Under the pieces are notes generated by a model. That model did not search any database and had not been told where the DNA came from. It saw only the letters and a program-made list of their open reading frames with translations. A stretch of DNA of 61,151 bases, the filler included, from Basidiobolus ranarum (lineage: Eukaryota): NCBI GenBank assembly GCA_040143965.1. It is 2 parts of 2 records of this genome, joined end to end, with 100 filler letters (N's around TTAATTAATTAA, not from the genome) between each part and the next. Parts side by side here need not be neighbours in the genome. Positions count along the whole stretch, not along the records: positions 30,673 to 61,151 come from JASJQH010000099.1; 1 more part is not named here. One strand, written 5' to 3'. This document shows positions 57,139-61,151 of this stretch, piece after piece. The position numbers were made by a program, and so were the translations under genes. Every line of letters begins with the position of its first letter. Positions within the stretch are counted from its first letter, which is position 1.

Positions 57139-60100
57139 GGTTCTGAGAAAGGAAGGTTGATACAATTATCTTTTAGTCTCTAAAGCTTTACTAAATGGAT
57201 ATTAACAAGGTCGTTATACTTACGGGGATTTCTAACTGAGTAGAAATAGAAGCCAGCGAAGCTAAGATGTGATTTCAATAATTTGAAGTTTTAAATACAA
57301 TTGAATGTGCCCTAGAAATTTTTGTCTGAATAGGACATAAAAAACATTGGAAAGTATTCCGCCATGTGTATGATATTTGGAGATAATTTCTCATCATAGA
57401 AAGTAGTCATATAAAGGTTACACAGGAAAAGACATCCGCACCACTCCAATGAAAGGAAAGGGCATTGTACTGAGACTTGAGCGTTAAAGAATAGGAGTAT
57501 TACCAATCTGGCTCTGGTTTCCAATTTTGGTGATCATCATATTAATCAAATAGAAACCTACTATGTACCTGGAAGTGTACACTGTACTGGTAGTAACATT
57601 TTTAACATCACTGGTTTTTTTAGATTGCAGTCAGCCTATTGGGTCGAATGTCACATCATTGGGTTGTGCGCAGCGATATGGATCTTGAACAGATCCATTG
57701 GATGCGATGCATGGGGAAGATATATTGGCCACCTGAAATGATATAAGATATACATTTGCCTTACATGACTTAAATATTGCAATGATTCTCCTGCGTCCTT
57801 GTACTCGACTAAGAGATTGATTTATACCCGGGTATGGATTAATCCATTTTGATTGTCCTCCAACAGATTTCAAGTAAGTCTGCATCGAAATTGAATTGGT
57901 GATACAAATGCATATAAACATATATGATATTTATTTTACTGATTGGTTTATCAAAATCAACGTATAATCATATCCAAAGGTTATCTACTAATAGCTTATA
58001 TACATTCCCGTATTTATCCATAACAGTTGGCATGTGCTCTTGCATCAACGGAATTAGCCGCAATATACATGCTTATTTGTCTGGATAAATTTCGCGCCGG
58101 GGTTGGGATTGAGCACTCGAAATACATCCCACTCTCGCTAACAAAGTACTTCGAGACAGATATGACAAGTTGAAGAGTACATCAGATGTAGACTGACGTT
58201 AGTAATCAAGGGGGGAGGGGGTTTCAACTGCCACTTGATATTTGCATTTGGTTGAGCTTTGGATTGTTAAGCTTGTGAACTGTGTATCGCGGATTGTACG
58301 CTAATTTGGCTCAATCATTAATGGAAATGCAACGAGATATTCCGAGAATTTCACTTCCTATTAGAAAGAGTCATTTGGCTGTCTTGCAACTTGCATTTAG
58401 TATTGCTAGCCCCAAGTATTGAAAGCCATTAGAATGTCTATCCATGCATAGTTGTAGATGCTACATGGAAATAAAACCTAATTTATTTGAAACGTTTTAG
58501 GCAGACTTTCAGCGTTTAAATTGATCATTGTAGAAGTTAATAGCTAAGGAGTGAGGGGTTCGACTTGAAATTATTTATGCTCGCTGAGGATATGCCTATG
58601 ATTGAAGTCGACTCGGAATTCAACCGTTATAAGGCTGGCGCATGTTTGCTTATTAAGAATCACCCAATAGTTTCTTACGGTTGTCGTAGAATCAGTAGTT
58701 GGTAGTGGCTCGGATTCTTAGGTTTTCATCTAGAGAGCTTATTCTTGAAACTGATAGTTCAAACTCTTTGAGATTATCATGCAACTTTGAGTAATCTTCT
58801 AGTTGAAGTTTCTTGAGCTAACGTATTTGGGAAGGAGCTCCTGTTATTGGTAGCAATATTACATATATATAATGTCATCATATCAATGGCATTGAATTTG
58901 GTAGGAAGTAAAACAGATTCATCTACAATTTAAGCAGGGGTTTACTTATGGAGTATAAGGTATATCATAAAAAAGGGATCTTCAACTACCTCAAAACTGT
59001 TCTAAATATATCGAATTGAGGGTATGAGATTCTTGGATGCTTATTCGAAGGGAGAGGTCACCCTGAGTATCTGTCTTCGGAAAGAGATAGCGCTTCCTTG
59101 AATTGACTGGAAACTTGGAGTCTACCAAGCAGCTGGATAGGTTCAAAACTTGTAAAAGAATCGTAAATCGAGGCTCTGTAATACACCTTGAAACTCTAAC
59201 GGTTGAAACACGATTCATAAATCTCTCATATGACGTTTTTGGAAATCATCAAATTCCATATGAGGTGGCTTAGCCTTTTTCTTCAGTGATATTGAGTTTG
59301 GTTTATATCGTAATGCCCATATATCAATCCAGTGAACAGTGGTGATTTCATGGATCCACAGAAGGATTGAAACCAGGAACACATGAATTTTTCAAAATCT
59401 GTGGAGGTGTAGTTTTCCTTAACCATGACCTAGAAGATATTATGACACTCAAATAGTGAATGTAAGCTTTGTTATGTGACATGTGAAACCTAAGCGAATT
59501 CTATAAAGGGTCAATGTGCGAGTGAGGGAGAGTTGAAAGATATGCACAATTGCTGCGAAAAAACATTTAAACACATTTGCACGCTGTTGATATGGTATCC
59601 TTAGCAAATCAGAGGGGCTTGGATGTACATAAATGTATCTCTTGCAAAGGACCTGTTTTCTGGCCGTTCGAATAGAAAGAACGAAGTATATAGTAGAACA
59701 TGGCGCGTCCAGTGTTATAAACGTCATACAATATGTCGAACCATTGCGTTGGACTATGTGTGTCGTAAGGCATGAAGTCGTACTCTTCAAGGTAGTCCAC
59801 ATCATAATCCAGTCCACTATAATTCCAAGTTGAGAAAATACTGCGTAGGAAATCTCGAGCATTTCCCTCAAGATCTCACTGAGAGTAAACTTAAAACTGC
59901 ACACTGTCGGCTAAGCTCTAGTCAATGATTTAGGCAGAGTCACCTTATTTGCAATTTATGGCAATACAGCCAATACAGCTCTGGCAGACCGATGACTTAA
60001 TTATACACCTACGATCAGAAATCTTCCGGATATGATCAAACTATCGACACGCATGGCAACATTGAGTGTGGCATGAAACTGGTGAGCTAGCAATCATTCT

Positions 60101-60641
60101 AATTCATCAGGAATCAGCATTCAGCCCCTCTAAGCGAACATAGTGATGCTCTATGATTCTATTGTGATGTAGAGCACACTATCGTTAGCTCAATGAATAA
60201 AGCTGGAAGTGAGACCATTCAGAAAATATTATGCGTTAAATATGGGAGGTGCAGGTTAGCTTACTTATTTGTATGTTGCATACCTGATTTCCCCTCATAT
60301 ACTGCAGTACTGAATACTATAAGTAACCGGAGCATCTCTTATGGCGAGGTTTCACGCCGAAAAGTCAAAAAATACCGAAAGTCTATTCTTGGTTTTTGAT
60401 CTAACCAATTCCATTGGGGTATTCATTCACAAACATTTCGAACCAACACTCTGTTGCTCGCATTGCTTGCATTAACTACTGGATCTATCTTATTCCAAGT
60501 GTTCCTGCTTTCATCTTCAGACCAACTCTGATACATTTAAATCAAAGGGTATATTTTGCTTCAGATATCAGATTACGTGAAAGAGATCCAATCTGTATTC
60601 TTTAAATATCTCGTATTGTCGGATAAAGCCTGTAGGAAAAA

Positions 60642-61151
60642 ATGCCAGCACGTTCTTCGACCGAGATAACCTCTTCAACTCAAACCTCCATTAGTAAAGA
60701 GCCTGAACTCGTCTTATATATGGACGAGGAAGATTCTGATGAGGAAATTGATGATGAAGTAATTTTTTCCGATTCCACCCCGAGAATCAGATTCACCTCT
60801 AAGCCAGCTGAAGCAAATTCCACGGAGAGAAGCCCCCCGACTATCAATATCACTCAAGAATCAGTTGCTGTCAACCTCGAGATACTTGGGAAATTTCTCC
60901 GAAGCAGTTACAATGATACTAAACCAAGGGTTACTACCCATCGAAAGAATTCAAGTCAAGATGAATTCATTAAGGTATATTCTGGATCTTAAAGTTTAAT
61001 CTATGGCGCAACTTTAACTAAATCATACACAGCTAGCCACACAAACCCAGTATGATCCTCGGTTCAATTTCTTTTCACAGGATACGGGCTTGTTGAGAGG
61101 CGAGACTCTGCCAGATTTGGGCTCCGAAAAGAGACCTTTAAATGAACTGCT
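60642..61151 (+). CDS. 5' part of a gene, probably a CorA-family Mg2+ transporter (Alr1/Mnr2-like); truncated by the window end
   Basis: An acidic/Ser-rich exon (60642 to about 60975) is followed by a GT-AG intron and LATQTQYDPRFNFFSQDTGLLRGETLPDL. This resembles the RF.FFS segment preceding the CorA domain in Alr1/Mnr2. The CorA domain itself is not visible. Confidence 0.5.

Noticed and set aside
58540-58575. GGTTCGA T-loop-like motif (also GTTCGA near 5753) as a tRNA
   Set aside because: No acceptor, D or anticodon stems could be paired around either site.

Overview
This window is eukaryotic, intron-rich, AT-rich genomic DNA with short GT-AG introns. Gene content and style suggest an early-diverging (non-Dikarya) fungus, which is an inference. 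It joins two contigs through an artificial 100-bp spacer (N44-TTAATTAATTAA-N44, 30573-30672), and both contig ends carry copies of one repeat. About 20 mostly housekeeping genes were assembled by hand. Left contig: SLA1 (3'-truncated by the window), deoxyhypusine synthase, an intronless DsbA/HCCA-isomerase (GST-kappa) gene, eIF3b, GCP3/Spc98, CWF19L2, App1-type phosphatidate phosphatase, G6PD, an Ycf1/MRP ABC transporter and a ModF-like ABC ATPase. Right contig: SRPK, RPL9, anoctamin, carboxypeptidase Q, an SPX-ACT-ACT-phosphoserine phosphatase, arginase, ARL1, sphingolipid delta-4 desaturase, the start of a probable CorA/Alr1-type gene and decayed gene remnants. The most striking item is the in-frame fusion of an intact inositol-pyrophosphate-sensing SPX domain to a bacterial-style ACT-ACT-SerB enzyme, which suggests direct phosphate-status control of serine synthesis. 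Other leads are a bacterial-like HCCA isomerase (HGT candidate), a TCT/5'TOP-like element at RPL9, an animal/bacterial-type CPQ and a UUCG-capped hairpin in the G6PD 5' exon. All family calls come from motif recognition by eye; no database searches were run.
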